The notes under the pieces: model-generated | What the model was told of the DNA's origin: nothing | Database searches by the model: none | The model's input: only the letters and a program-made list of their open reading frames with translations | Shown here: positions 37,231 to 51,344 of the stretch, piece after piece | How positions within the stretch are numbered: the stretch's first letter is position 1 | Layout of the letters: each line of letters opens with the position of its first letter | Translations under genes and position numbers: made by a program | Assembly: GCA_030390025.1 (NCBI GenBank) | Contig: CM059442.1 | Location: 68,758,001 to 68,822,000, forward strand | Origin: Squalus acanthias | Taxonomy: Eukaryota | Direction of reading: 5' to 3' | DNA: 64,000 bases

Positions 37231-39267
37231 ACATAATTAAACATTGGGCCACCTCACTGAATGAAAGACCAGCTGCTCAATTTTAACACCACTAGCACAA
37301 TGCACAAGAGGGTATAAGGAAGAGTATTGAACCTGCTGTGTGGGATGTAACACTTACAGGTTGCCCTGGTATGTGTCTCAATTCACTGGGGCTGAGCTGG
37401 TATGTGGATGTCTAACAACGCTCATTTGTTTGCATTGTAATGTGACTAAAACCCTCTGTGATCTTGAGTTTGGAACATTGGTTCCAATTAGTCCTGCCTA
37501 TTGGTAACTCAGGATAGGAGTGGGGAAGGAACGAGTTTTCATGTTACTGTGCCTTCGTGTTTGGAAGTCTGCTGGATCCACCCTAATCCTCAAACACAGC
37601 AAGAAGTAAACAGTTAACACCTGTTAATTGGAAGGGTTTTTTGCACTAAAAATTCCCAGTTAGACAATGCTTTGAATTAAGCAACGTAATGTAGCAACGT
37701 GGAAATTTAGTGCTTAAAAGATTGATCAGATCATTTGAATGAAGTGTAGACTATTCAGATTTTTGCAGTTTGTAACAATCTTAGAAGACATTAGTGTGTG
37801 TAGAAAGGCATTGTGATAAGAAAGGACTGACCAGTTTACTGTGAGGGAATTCTTGTACTTCGATTTTTAGCGTTTTAATCTATAGAATGGTTTAAATCTT
37901 TCAATGTCATCTATAAACCAATGTAATCCCCATTAGCTTGCCCTTGTCCCACCATCACCCACAAATTTCATGAGCACACTTAGCAAAGCATTGCAAAGCA
38001 ATACTGAATGCTAAACTGCTTCGAGTGCTGTAATTCCTAGAGTGAGCCCCTCAATAGTGAAGGAATCTTAACCAGTAAATGTCTGCGTTCTTGCTATTTT
38101 CTAGCAGTAGGGTATTGATGGTGTACTTTGATACTTTTCTTAATGTTTCCCTGAGCTGAATGCCTATCTTCCTTTTAGTTATGGACGTGTCGGGGCTTTC
38201 CCTGGCTTGTATATTTTTGTATTTGTAATGGTGGAGGTTAGATATGCTAAGCTATTCAGTAACTTTCTCTCAGTAATGTTTAACTCATTTGCATGGTATT
38301 TGTGCCACTGTTTTTCCACTTTGTGTTTGTCTTGATCTGTTTCTGTTTATTTTTCTATTTTCAAATTCATAGTTTTCCTTCATTCTGTTTTGTCAAGTTT
38401 TATCCTTCTGCTCACGGAGGCAGCAGGGGAAGGCAAGAGAAAGAGGTGTCAGACCTAGTTGCCAGACTGCAGGGAAAGCTGAGCGAGGTCAGTGTTTAGC
38501 AGTGGTAGTGGGATATACAAATATACCAAGTAGGATGATTTATGGCAGGAACAGAAAAGGTAGATGGGTTTCATTGGAAGGGAGAAGTTGTTTTCAAATC
38601 CCCAGTTAAGACCCGATTAGACTCTTGCCTATTTAAAAACCCAATTTGCTTCATACCATATCCACCTGGAAGCCCTTCTTTGTTGCCTTTTTGTTCCCGA
38701 TCCAGTAATGTATAGTTCCAAAATTGCTTCCTGCCAACTTCAAGCCTTGTACTTCCTGCAGCTAAGAAATCATTAACATAAAACATTTTGTATTCAAAAA
38801 TTGCTAGGACTGTTAAAAATGTGGTTCAGAAACTGGTGGAATTTGACACTTCATCTGAACCGCTCTAGTATCTTGTCACCATGTTACCTGCCCCAAGCCA
38901 TTGTTTAGCTTATGCTATTTTTAATTGGTTGTAAGGAGGTACAAAAGAGTAGCCTGGGTAGCTTTTCTATTAATGAGGTACCAGGCCTCTGCTTAATATT
39001 TATCCACAGCAATCTGACTGTGACAGGCAAATCAGCAGTATGAGCCATCGATGCACAAAACCCACACCCCACCACTTCGTGGTGTAGAACTTGGTGCTCT
39101 GTTCTACTGTATGGTAATGCCATTGTCATAGGTTAAGTTGTTAGAATCTGAAGATGCCCAAATTTAGAAATGGCAGATTATCAGTAGTCATTACTAAGCA
39201 GTTGGTCAATGTGTGAAACTCCTTAAACTCAACTATTTAAGAATTTTTTATTAATCTCACGGTAAGG

Positions 39268-39690
39268 AATAATTTGAATTTATATATCCCCTTTCAGTTC
39301 TCAGGCCACCTCAGTGTTCACAGCCAATTAATTAATTTTGAAGTGTAGTCACTGAAGCGTGGGCAAAGGCAAGATCCAATTTGCACACAACAGGGTCCCA
39401 CAAAATTCTAATTAAGGAGTGACCGGATAATCTGGTATTGGTGGCATTGATTGAGAGAGAAATGTTGGCCAGAACACCAGGAAAACAGCCTGCTTCTCTT
39501 TTGAATAGTGCCATCTAAACAAGATTACCAGACCTCAGTTTAATATTTCATCTGAAAGACAGCACCTCTGACAATGCAGCACTTCCTAACTATTGTACTG
39601 GAGTGTTGGGCTGGGTTATGTGCTCACATCCTAGGGTGAGGCTTCAATCCACTACCCCCGATTCAGATGAGAGTGCTTCTTATGTAGCCA
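39268..39690 (-). mobile_element. Degraded Deu-domain SINE
   Basis: catctgaaagacagcacctctgacaatgcagcact and related core segments. Confidence 0.65.
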
Positions 39691-42600
39691 AGCTAACGCT
39701 CTTACTGGGGGTATGCTAAGTTGGCACAGCACTTTGGGTCTGCCCAAACTACTTTCAGTTTAGGACCCATAGCTGATAGTGAGTAGGGCTTTTTATTCTA
39801 TCCATCTGGACTGGATTTCAACCCAAGTCAGAGATGAAAGGACAGATAACCACTGGTACCCAATTAAACTTGAGGTCTCATTTCTGATTGGTGCAATTGT
39901 CTGCTTGTAAGATCCAATGTTAGGGTTTACCTTCTTGTGAACAATCCTGTATGTACCCTTTGCAGACAGGATCATGTCATCTTTGTTCGTCTCAAAACCA
40001 TTAGACACCAAAACCTTGGTTTAATATTTTAAGGATGTTGGTTTTAACAGGGCAGTAGGTCCCTCGTGCTATCAATTGGTCTTTATTAAGATTAAATTGG
40101 TGAGGCCTGAACTTTTTTTTTAGTTATGATAAGGTATGCAAAACATTGAATATTCACACGCTGCGTGTTAGGGAAAACTTCCTCTTTTTACATTTTATTT
40201 TAGAGACTATAGCTGGCAAAGTTGGTCCATATGGCTAAACGCCCCTACTGGGTGGGGGGGTTAGATTTTACTGTAAATAGCTGGCTGAATTGGAGTATTT
40301 TTAGATGGCATTAGACATGAAATGACTTAGGTAACTGGGAATGAGCTGCCTGCTTTAATCTCAAGGCTTCAAAATCGGTTTTAAATCAAGAGTGCTAAAT
40401 TTCAGATGTTTAACTTCTAATCTTGGAGCTCACATCTTGCTGACATTCAATTAGTCTTGTATTTAGCGATCGAAATCTTAGATGGAGCAGGTGTTTAACT
40501 TGTTTGTACCAGCAGCAGATGCTGGTGTGGATACTCCTTTGCCATTGCATTCCAGATCCTCAATACATGATATTGAAATAACGGGATGAGCTATTGTACT
40601 GCCATTACTGCAGATTTATAGACAAATCTAATCTGAATTGCCAGAAAATTCCACGTTCCTAAAGGTAGAAACAACAACAAAAAAGTTTCATTTTGCTCTT
40701 TATGCTTTCCGGTTGCAGTTATGTTGCAGCCTTGTACTGTTCTCCAAGCCAGTCACTGCACCGATAATCAGGGTTATTATTAGTTTGTAATTCTTTGGCG
40801 CTGCTAGAAAAGGGACTGCTTTCCAGGTACAGCATTAAGGCTTTAATGTAATCAGCAATACTTTGGCCTACTGGAATTGTTGACTTGCTCTGTAATGGAA
40901 AAGTGGAAGGAAGACAGTCTTGAATAGTAAGTGTATAGAAACATCAATGTACTTGCACATCTGACTAAAAATGATCTGCTGCAGAGTAGCTTGGTCTCAT
41001 TGTAACCTTTTGAATTTCTGCAGGCTCGATAGCAGCAATAACATAACTGCCTCAATTTTGATGAAACCATCCAAGGGATTAAATGCAGATTTTCTGGACA
41101 GACTGTTTGAAATGGATCACTGGCTGCAATATGACCTTTTTTGCATTTTGCTTGAGTCACTGGTGCTGAGCCCACTCGCCACTATTTTGTCCTGAGATTT
41201 CTTGCTGATTATCTCAATCTGGCAGAGCAGTCTCTCTGGGCTTTAAACTGAGGTTTGCTTGGGTGACAAATGCAGCTTGCTCAGCAGACTGTTTGGAAAA
41301 TCTTAGGAAATTTTTATCCTAAGTTGCCCAGGTGTGTAAATTTGTCTCCTTGAGCAGTGCACGTCTGGGGCAAATAGTCTAACCACTGTCTGCTCAACCA
41401 CAGCAAGAAACCAGTAGAGCAGAGAAGTATTTAAAACACCAGCCATCTTTCTGGACATAACTCAGCTCATTATGTGAGGGCGATGGACAATTTGATGCAG
41501 TTTGCTCTGCATGGCCATTCAGTGTCTATTAGGATAACTGTTCTGCTAAAATCATTGCATCATCAGCCTTGTGCGCCACAAAATGAATTGGCGCACAAGC
41601 CAGTTTTGACGTTATTTCAAAATGTTGCATGTAAATCTCTTCCGACCGTAGTGAGGTTTCCAAGTTAAATGGAGGATTTTCTCCTTCAGTTATCAGTTCA
41701 CTTGTCTTCCTTTTCTCTTTGAAGAAAGCCATGACAATATTGCACAGTTGGACTCATTAAATTGTGTCTGCTGTGGTCTTTTTGCTGTCTGAGCACTTGA
41801 GTACAAAACAGAATTGAAAAACACAATGGGTTCAAGATGAGGAGAATCTCACTTTTATGGCCAATGCAACACTTTGTATTTGTCGATGTTGAACCCTTCC
41901 AGGTTAATGCCCTTGCAGTTTAGATGTATGTTAAGCTCCCTGTTGCTCAGTTCACCTAAATAAATCCCTTTTTTTAAATTACGATTTGTCTGACTTTTTT
42001 TTACTTCATGCAAAGATACTGTCATTATTCCTCTTCAAGAGTGTGGTTAACTCCCAATTCCTGAATACCCTCCACTGTAGCTGTGATTTTTCTGTTTCCT
42101 GTATCAGCCATCCTTGCTCCCTTTCAGAAAGACATTGCTGGTTTTGTACTGTGAATTCATGCCTGCTACGTACTGTGTTGAAAGCAGTTTAAACTTGGCT
42201 GCTGTCAGATTTTCATGTGTAAATTTGAACTAACTTCAAAACTGGCTTATGCTATAACTCATTTTGTCACTGTCAAAAGCTGCTTTTATAGCCATGCTTA
42301 CAGTGCTAGTCCGCAACACAGATTTCATGCAGCTGGCTACAACCTGTGGGTAAACATGTTGGGATTGACTAAACCGGACCGCCGAGAAGTCTTGTTTCTG
42401 TCAGGTCTTCCTGCTGCTGTTTTAGGGAATCTCAAAAAGATCACCTCCAGATTGCAGCGCTGCACACGACCTGTCTATCAGGATCCAGCAATACTAACAT
42501 GGGCAGCGCGTTGTATGAAAGTAGTTCATGTAAATCCCTTTGCTGAAAAGAAAAATCTCTGGGTAATCTGTTACTTTACATGAGGCCGTGTCATTATTCT

Positions 42601-44069
42601 CCCAATTCAATATCCTCTTTCTGCAGGCAAAATCTAGCAGGTCACCATTAGGATGGTTTTTGATTGCTGAAGCTATGCAAATATTAGGCCGTAAAAGAAT
42701 TTATGGAGTTCAATGATGCTCTTTAAATGTTGGCTATATATGTGGTTCCAATATAGAGCTTTAAAAGTGCTGATTAACAATTTAATGCATTGTTACTAAT
42801 GCTGGATGGGAGCACTAGCCAGAAGCCAGAGATACAAGGAATTCTTCTGCTAATATTGCTTACACTCAAGTTGTAAATGATGATCAGCTTTATTTATCCG
42901 TTTCGGGGTTGGGTTGTATTTTGCGGAGGTGGGGGGCATGGTTGGATAATACTGTTTGTTTGTTAAGGTGGGCAATCGAACATATTTTACACCATATTAA
43001 CATCATGCACTCTCAGTACAGTTACAATATAGATTAGATGCAGAATAAAACTCCCTCTGTGCTGAACCCAGCAAGATGCACAGTGCTGCTGTTACATCTG
43101 TGAGTCCTTAGTACTGACTTTGTGTTAATCTTGGAGAACCACACACATTAGGAAATGATGGTGCTCAAATTTGGAGAAACTGTTGAGGGTATGTGACCCT
43201 TTTTACTGGGACAATGCAAGTTGATCCTTACTAGAGCATCGTTGGCCAATCTGAGGAGTGACAAATAAATATAATACCACTGCTTGTGGAGACATCAAGT
43301 GGACTTGGAGCACTTAGACTGGAGTTATTGTAACATTGCATAGCAAACGCTCAGTAGCATTAGCAGATTTGTGCTTGACTTTTGTCCTGGAGTATCATGA
43401 ATGTAACACTAAATCAAGCATAATGAGGGAAATAACCCAATCCCAATAAAGCATGCTTGCAGCATCTGAATATAAAGCCTGCTTTAGTCTCAGAGAGAAA
43501 GGCTTTCATCTGGAATTCCTGTATATGCTTCCTTAATTACTTGTCAGTCTATATTGGCATTGCACATGGGGAATCATGTCTTGTGAATAACTGGATCCGG
43601 CAGTCAGTTATCAACTCTGTCACTGTACCTCTGAGTGAATTAGAATTGCACAGCAGGGGAATCTGAAACGCCTTGTACTACATTTGCATCGATGCAACCA
43701 AAATCACTTGCAATGTGCAAGTGGCAAGATAAATCAAAAGCCAGACTGATGAGCTGACTACCCCGCCCCCCCCCCCCGGCCAGTGCTCTAAAGCAAGTTG
43801 ATACCCCCTCTAATGAGTGGTCTCGCATCAGTTGGGCTTTGCACCATGCAGTATAACTGTGCATATATATATATTATATTATATAAGTCGTTTGATCTGG
43901 AATCGAACATTCGCTTAATCCCTCCACTGACCTTATCCGCTTTATTGGTATTCTGGAGCAAAAAATGGTGCATTTTGAAAGTGGGGGATATCGCTGTTGC
44001 CAATCCTCTTTTATATTTGCCAATAAACTTCAGTTAGGTTTATTCGAAGTCCAATTTCTTTCACCCAGA

Positions 44070-44450
44070 ATCATAGAATTAACTACCTAAATCCCTTTTA
44101 AGAGAATTTATAGACTTTGCTACAACAATGGTTGATGGCAGAGAATTCCACATTCTACCTTCCTTATGTGTAAACAAATTTTTCTAACTTCCTCTTTTTT
44201 TTAGATTTAAATTTGTTCCCTTTCATTATCATTTCTCTGACACATGGAAACAATCACTCCCTCTTATTCATAGTCTTGAAGTACTCTTAACAGGTCATAC
44301 CTTAAACTTCTGAGGTCCAGTGGGAAAAAAAGTAATTTACCTCCAGTTTCTCCACATAACTGTAAACCCATATCCCGGTAACATCCTAGTGAATCTTCAC
44401 TGCAACCTTTTTATTTTGTGTATCCTTCCTATAATATGCCCAAAACTGGG
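44070..44450 (-). mobile_element. Old CR1 fragment
   Basis: ggcagagaattccacattc and cccggtaacatcctagtgaatct resemble the reverse complement of CR1 3' region. Confidence 0.55.
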
Positions 44451-45416
44451 GCGGCGTTGCAAAGGGCTGTTCTTGGCCCTGTTGCCTCACAGGTGGATAA
44501 ATCCTAAATCTGAATGCCAAGATTCCTTAGTATCACCAACTTGAGATGTATGCAAATTAATGGCAGGGTAGATTAAAGTTTATATGTGGCCGCTGAGACT
44601 TTGTGCTATGTACCTACGTGACTGACACAGACCAAAAGCTTGGACACCCCTGCTCCAGGGATTAGCGAGGAAGAGGAAAATCTAAATTAAGTTTAAAATG
44701 ATTACAGTTTAAGTCCCAACTTTTAATTTGTGCAAATGAAGTTCACGTTTAAATGCTGGAATTGAAAGCAGTTTCGTGTTTTCTTTTCCTAACTTATTCC
44801 CACTTAATCCATTGACGCGATCCTTAATTGGTAATTTTATTTGCAAGGACTTTTTGCTAAATACTGGACTTGGATTATGATGTAGAAAGCATGGACAACA
44901 GGAAGAAACTTGAGCAAAAATAAATCTTAAATTTTTCCCGGGGTCATATATGGGATGTAAATTTGGAGAAAGGGTTAACATTTCCTTCCCATAATAAATG
45001 CATATTTATCTTCCATCTGTGCACATGTCCTGTCATCGTTTACATTTATTGATTTTTGTGCCCATATTTACAGTAGAAATTACCTATCTCAACTTGTCAT
45101 ACTATAATTGCGCTCTCCTGTCAGTGGTGGCACTGTAGCACTTTAGACCTTTCAGCTCCTCAGCCGATACTGCACATACTGCAACCAACTCTGCTTTGCA
45201 GATGGCGCTAAGCTTTTCTACATAAGATCAAAATATTGAAAGAATTAAGAATAGAATATGGGTATTGAATTTCAACTGGTCAAATTATTTATGCCTCACA
45301 CCCTTTCCCCCCCCCCCCCCCCCCCCCAACACACGAGTACATGTGGCCTTGACTTTGTGTGCAGTGCCACAGGAGGTTAACTGGAAATGTATTAGAAACT
45401 TTGCATTTGTGTCCAC

Positions 45417-45533
45417 CAATGTTCCCTGTAATTTTTTTGGCCCTGCGCGGCCCCTTTAAAACACACAGTTTTTACATTGAAAAGCCGGCTGCGCGGGTTC
45501 CCTGGAGTGCTGCACAGTTTAAAGGGAACATTG
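45417..45533. mobile_element. hAT-superfamily MITE (117 bp)
   Basis: TIR CAATGTTCCCT / AGGGAACATTG; perfect 8-bp TSD GTGTCCAC at 45409-45416 and 45534-45541. Confidence 0.92.
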
Positions 45534-47233
45534 GTGTCCACTACCTGTGTCATCTTTTCCCCATCATAAATGCCTTTGTCCACATTTATAATGGGAGCTG
45601 CCTGTCTCAGCTTGTCACGCTGTAATTACACCTTTCTGCCAGTGGTGGTACTGTAGCACCTCAGTTTTACGACTCCTGCGCTGCGACCAATTCTATTGCC
45701 CTGAGTTTTGCTATTTAATTATACATCATATCAAATGATAGTATATTAAAAGTAAGGACAGAGTGTATGATTTTAAAATAAGGGTGAATTACATCCATGT
45801 GACCTGCTCCAATTACCTCCCACCCTCTAACTCCACTTTACCTGAAGATTTCACACTTGGACTAGACTCCCCGTTTGCAGTGCCATGTGAGATCAGCTAA
45901 TATTTAAAATACTAGTTAGTAAAGCTATTGTACCTCCAATAGGTAATGCTGTAATAACTTCTGTTCTTGCTCCGGAGTTGGTGCTGCAACTCTAAAAGAA
46001 CGTGATTGATTACAAGAGTACCTATTATTATCTGTTCGAGAGAAGGCAATTTAGATTCTCTCATTCTGTTGGTACAAACACAGCTGAAGGACATGCTATT
46101 TCCTCAGATTATCTGTGAGCAAGGCCACAGGACATTGCATCTAATTGTATAATAGATTAGTCATAGTCCGGGAAGTTGAGCAATGGAGCAGCAGAAAAAA
46201 CATGCACATACATGTAGAGTAAATATATTTTTTAATAAATTTAGAGATCAACCAGTACAATTTTATTTTTCACATGAAGTACAGTGTGTCATGGCAAAAA
46301 CAGTTTCACTGTATTTGAAATGTGGGATGAAGGGAGTAGATGTTGCTACTAGTCATGGTGCACAATGGAAATAGTGGATCCAGAGCACCTGCCGTCCTGT
46401 ACAGGCAGCATTCTTGCACACTGCCTCCCAATGTCAATAATGGCTTGTGGGGATGGATCTAAGGACACTTGGCTTGTCGCGCCTACCCAAGATGTCTTGT
46501 TCTTGTTTCAGCCTCACTTTTTTGATCTGTCTTAAATGTGAAGAACAAGGAACTCATACATATGTAGTTACTGATTCTGTAAGTTAGACTTGATGTTGTT
46601 CTCAACGCACTCGAATAAACTAACTGGAAATTGTCTGGATGAACGTAATGACCCTAATACTTTTAATGTCTGGAGTGCAGTTTTGGATCTTACTAGTTCT
46701 TACCACCCCATGGTCATCACCACATCCTTAGCAACTCAACACATGGAGCTGACGCTCTTCCCACTCGACCCCCTTACTTTGCTGGACAGAAAATTAACCT
46801 TGGTACAAGATTCTCATTCTCTCTCTCTCGCTCTCTTGCACCAATTTCATATACCTTTTCTGTAAAACATATTTAAATCCTTTTCAGTTCTGTTCTATGT
46901 TGGCGTGGCAACTGTATGCAAAGTCACTTACTTTAGCATTGAGCTTATACTGTGTGATATTTTGCACTCCTGTTCCATCTATTAAAGCACAGTGAATCCA
47001 AAAGTTGTATTTAAGAGCGTTTCATTGTAGTGTGAATTTTTTTCTTATCCCCCGCCCCTCCCCACCACGCACACTACATGTACACTAACTATGGACAGTA
47101 TAAAAGAATGCTTATGCAGGTGAGTTTGTAACTGAAATGTGAGAATAATGACCAGACTGTCTATTTGGGTTTGAAATATGTGCCTTATCATGGTTTAAAT
47201 GTGAATGTCTGTATTTAATTCTTCCATTAACAG

Positions 47234-47278
47234 ATTGATGACTCTGGAACATCTATCTCTCTGGCCCAGCTTACAAAG
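47234..47278 (+). CDS. RBBP6: RBBP6 exon 4
   Basis: ttccattaacAG acceptor; IDDSGTSISLAQLTK; donor AAG|GTAGAA; 45 nt. Confidence 0.96.
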
Positions 47279-50200
47279 GTAGAAAATGTTTTTTTTGTTG
47301 TTAGTGGTGTTTTTTTTCCTGCAAATTCAATTCATTGCAAAGTTTAATTGTATTAAATGTTGCACTAATCTGTAATTGTCCCATACATTATCCAGCACAA
47401 ATTTACATTAATGCATTGTATATTATCATTTTGCATAATGTTGCATATATTCAAATGCATTTATATTGTCATTAAAAGGTATTGTAATTTGTGTAAATGT
47501 TAGTAGCCTGGAACATTAATATATACTGAATATCCTGTAAAGAGTGAGTGATTTGGGGATGATGGAAGGGGAGTCCCTCGACAGCCTCACCTAGCTACCA
47601 TAATGCTCGCCTAGCTCGGTCAGCTTTGAAAATGCAGCAAGATAAAACCTTAGCTTAATGTCTTTTTTAAAATCTGGGATGTGGTGAATACTAAATCGGT
47701 TATTTCACCTCTGTGTTGGCTTTGAACACCTCGCCAGTAAAGAAGGCGGTAGAAGAATGAAAAAGCCCAGATCACTGGATACGGTGATTGGTATGAAGGT
47801 TCTCACCTTTAGCACCGTCAAATCCATGTACGGCTGTAAACAAAAGGACTGTTATCTCAGCAATACAGCCAAGAATTGGAAGCTTCTTTTGTTGATGTTA
47901 TTAAAAGTATAAATCTTGTGTGTAAACTTTACCTGAATTTTACAGCAATGTCTATACAGTCAAATAACCATGAATTGAATAAGTGTATTCCAATCCCCTG
48001 TGTTGTACTGACCCATGCATAGCTTAGCTTGGACCATGTAAATGTAAACCACTAAATACAATAAACTATGTTCTCTTTTAAGACCAGATGTTGGAAAGGA
48101 TGTATATGGGTGGTCATTTGTTTGAACACAGACTGTAAACCTATGTGAAATCTGTGTATTGTTTGTTGCTGTGTCTTTATGTAGCTGATCTATAGGGAGA
48201 GACAAGTATTAGTCATGGTAGTGGATGCTTGTGGCATGGGGAGAACAAGATGCGGATATCAGTTACCATTCAGTGTTTTTACATTGCCCAAACTTGCTGT
48301 ACTTACCTTCCTGGTTTGTAGATCTCTCCTGGATATTCTGAATTTAAACCCAATGTTACTATGTGCGCAGTAAACACTTCTTCATTTTAGGGAGGAAGAT
48401 TTGTACACCTGCAGAACCACACACCCATGCACTGGTATCTGCAGTTGATCATTTCGAGCCTGTTTTTTTTATATAAAGTAAAATGCTGTTTGGTTTCAAA
48501 CAAATCTGTTTTGTGTGAGCGGTACAGTCAAACCTTGATGGGATCAATCTCCATTTGCTGCGTCATGGAATTAGAGCTAAATTACTAAATGACACCTGGA
48601 TAATGGGTGAGCAGTGAGGTTTTCTCATCTGTGGGGCTCTTGATTTGCGAGCCTCACAGCATTGAGTTATTAAGTGTTCCAGTGGGCATTTAGTTGAATG
48701 GTATTCAAGCACCGAGATTCGTTCGTTGAAATCATGAGTGATTTCTTCATGTAGCATACTGTTTTTCCAATGATTTAATTTCTAATCATTCCTGAGATAC
48801 ATTTAAATACTATTTGTGAATTCTTTCTGAAATGCAGAGGTTACTCAAGAACATTTCATTCGTTGTTAACATCATGAGTCAGGTGGTCTAATGGGACAGA
48901 TCACAGTGGATGTTCAGCAGCATGCAGCCTCCCTCCTCTTTCCTTTTATGCATCAGCATCCCACGTGGATATCTTATTTTTCATCCATCGGCATGGGTTG
49001 CATTTGTACTGTCTGGAAGAGTAAGACATTTCCTCTTAGCCAGGAGAGGTGCTGCGTTGACCTGTTCCAGAGCCTGGCTTGAAACCTGCTGCAACTACAA
49101 AGAAGGCGTTTCCTAGCTGTGACCAGTATTTTGCCAATCCACTCCTCATATGGGTTCTGTCAAATTCTAAGGAACTTCCAAAAAGAGGTTCAGTGCTGAT
49201 CAGTATCTCCCATGAGCTGTCATTTTGCTAATAGGAAATTGGCCCAGAAACTTCGGGATTGATGCATCACGTGCAAATACTCCAATATAAAAATCCAAAT
49301 GCCACAAGAAGGAACCTGTTCTCAGTGCAGACCCCTTCCAGCTGACTGCATTGGGTGGTATCGGGGAATGTGGCTTTGATGTGTTCATGACTGCTAGTGC
49401 TTGACTGCGCTGTGACTACATTTGGGGAGCACTGGAGCATAATAATTTGGTATCTCAGCTGTGCATGGAATCTATAAAATCCTGTTAACAGAAGTATAAA
49501 ATCTGCTGCGTAAAGGTGTAAAAAGCCTGCTTCCATGAAGGTAAGTGCTACAATGTATCAGCATCCCAGGCCCTGCCTGGGAAAGGCTTCAGTCATCCAG
49601 CAACTGGAAAACTGGACTCCCTAACTGAAGCATATACTCTGAATCTGAAATACACAAGCTGATACTACAAGAAGCCACAGGTTGTTAGTATATCAAGTTC
49701 CACACACTGGCTGTTCGAGCCAGAGAGAGGCTAAGATAATTGCATACCTTAGTCTTTTAATACTCTAACTCATTTGCCATGTGGGCACACCACAGTACTT
49801 GAACCTTGACTGAAATTCCTGAACAAAGTGATGTTTGAATTCCATCTAGTTGGACATTTTCCTACCACTCTGGTAACCACTCCAACCCTATTTGAATTAT
49901 GAGCTTCTGAAGACCTTGATTACCACTTCGGGCACAAACTATTTCATTGTATTGAAATTCGGTCAACCAATGATGCCTCTTCTAATTTCTTCCCCCTCTC
50001 CTCTATTGGTGTGGAGCCTATATTCTGCAGTGCTACTAACTAGCAAGGAAAATTTGTGGGTTTTTTTCCCCCTCAAATGAGCTATTTATGGTTCGTAAAA
50101 AGTTACATTATTCACCTTTAGGTCTGTTATGCTCCTCATTCTTCACGTGAACTTCTTCATATTCCAAATTGCCCCCTTCCTTTCATTTCGCATGACTCCC

Positions 50201-50786
50201 TACGGGTTTGATTTCTGTGTTGTACTCTACAGGTAGTTTTTGCATGACTATTTTGGACAGAAACTGTTATTAACATTGATCAACGTTTGAGTAGATTGGA
50301 GTCCTTGCTTAATGTTATGGTTTTTAGCTTCCTTTGGTCTTGTGTTTTTTTTTTAAAAACCCAGAAAGTGACCAAGGGAGTGCTACCTGAAGAGGATGGA
50401 TGGTGTGGGGATGAAAATCTCAATGACTGGTTCAGTTTAAAATCTGACTTACCTGTGTGGAATCACTGAAGGATGATGAATACTGCAGCTAGAGGCGAGA
50501 GCACTGGAACAAGCCCCTTGGGACTAGCAGAAAAATACAGGTCCACCTTCTGGTAACCATGACGTATAGAGAGATGGAGAATATTTCTCCATGCAACTGA
50601 AGTTCTGCTATCTGCAAGACCCAACATAATGAGGCCATTCTGATTAGTGTAAACCAGTAATGCACTGCTATTTAGTGCAATATTGTGTTGATTACATATT
50701 TGTGTCCAATATTTAAAAAAAATCTAATGTTCAACCATTCTGTGCTTTTGGTATGGGTTTGTTATTGGAACTTGTGACATTAAGGG

Positions 50787-51110
50787 AACGGTAGCATAGT
50801 GGTTATGTTACTGGACTTGTAATCCAGAAGCCAGCATTTATTGCCCATCCCTAGTTGCCCTTGAGAAGGTGGTGGTGAGCTGCCGCCTTGAACAGCTGCA
50901 GTCCGTGTGGTGAAGGTGCTCCCACAGTGCTGTTAGGGAGTTCCAGGATTTTGACCCAGCGACAATGAAGGAATGGCGATATACTTCCAAGTCAGGATGG
51001 TGTGTGACTTGGAGGGGAACTTGGAGGTGGTGGTGTTCCCATGCGCCTGCTGCCCTTGTCCTCCTAGGTGGTAGAAGTCGCGGGTTTGGGAGGTGCTGCT
51101 GCAGAAGCCT
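50787..51110. mobile_element. tRNA-SINE head (+, 50787-50830) fused to a Zenon-like LINE 3' end (-)
   Basis: ggtagcatagtggttatgttactggacttgtaatccaga followed directly by gccagcatttattgcccatccc...gagaaggtggtggtgagc. Confidence 0.75.
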
Positions 51111-51343
51111 TACCTGAACTATTGAGGGGTGGGGTTTACCTTGGTTATAATGGTGGCTTACTTCTGTTATGGTTGGAGGTGTTTATCTATTGTCATGCGG
51201 GGGTTATCTGTTAGTGAGGTGGTTCCAAACTTAGTCGTGTGAGTGTGTTGTAGTGGCAGGGTGCGGGGAGATAGCCGAACTACGGTGCGTTATCCATGTT
51301 AAAGTGAGTGGATTGTTCTTAACATGCTATCATTGGGAAAATG
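51108..51343 (+). pseudogene. Possible degenerate mitochondrial ND6 insertion (NUMT)
   Basis: G/T-rich segment; with the vertebrate mitochondrial code reads PYLNYWGVGFTLVMMVAY...VRGD, with spacing similar to ND6 EPYPxxWG...Y...RGD; contains stops. Confidence 0.4.
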
Positions 51344-51344
51344 C

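Noticed and set aside
45120-45700. Duplicated cagtggtggYactgtagcac motif and CTCF-like gcagatggcgcta near 45198
   Set aside because: Short matches that cannot be distinguished from chance or old repeat remnants without data
47279-47480. Second intronic polyadenylation isoform after exon 4
   Set aside because: Only ATTAAA variants in AT-rich sequence and no known counterpart
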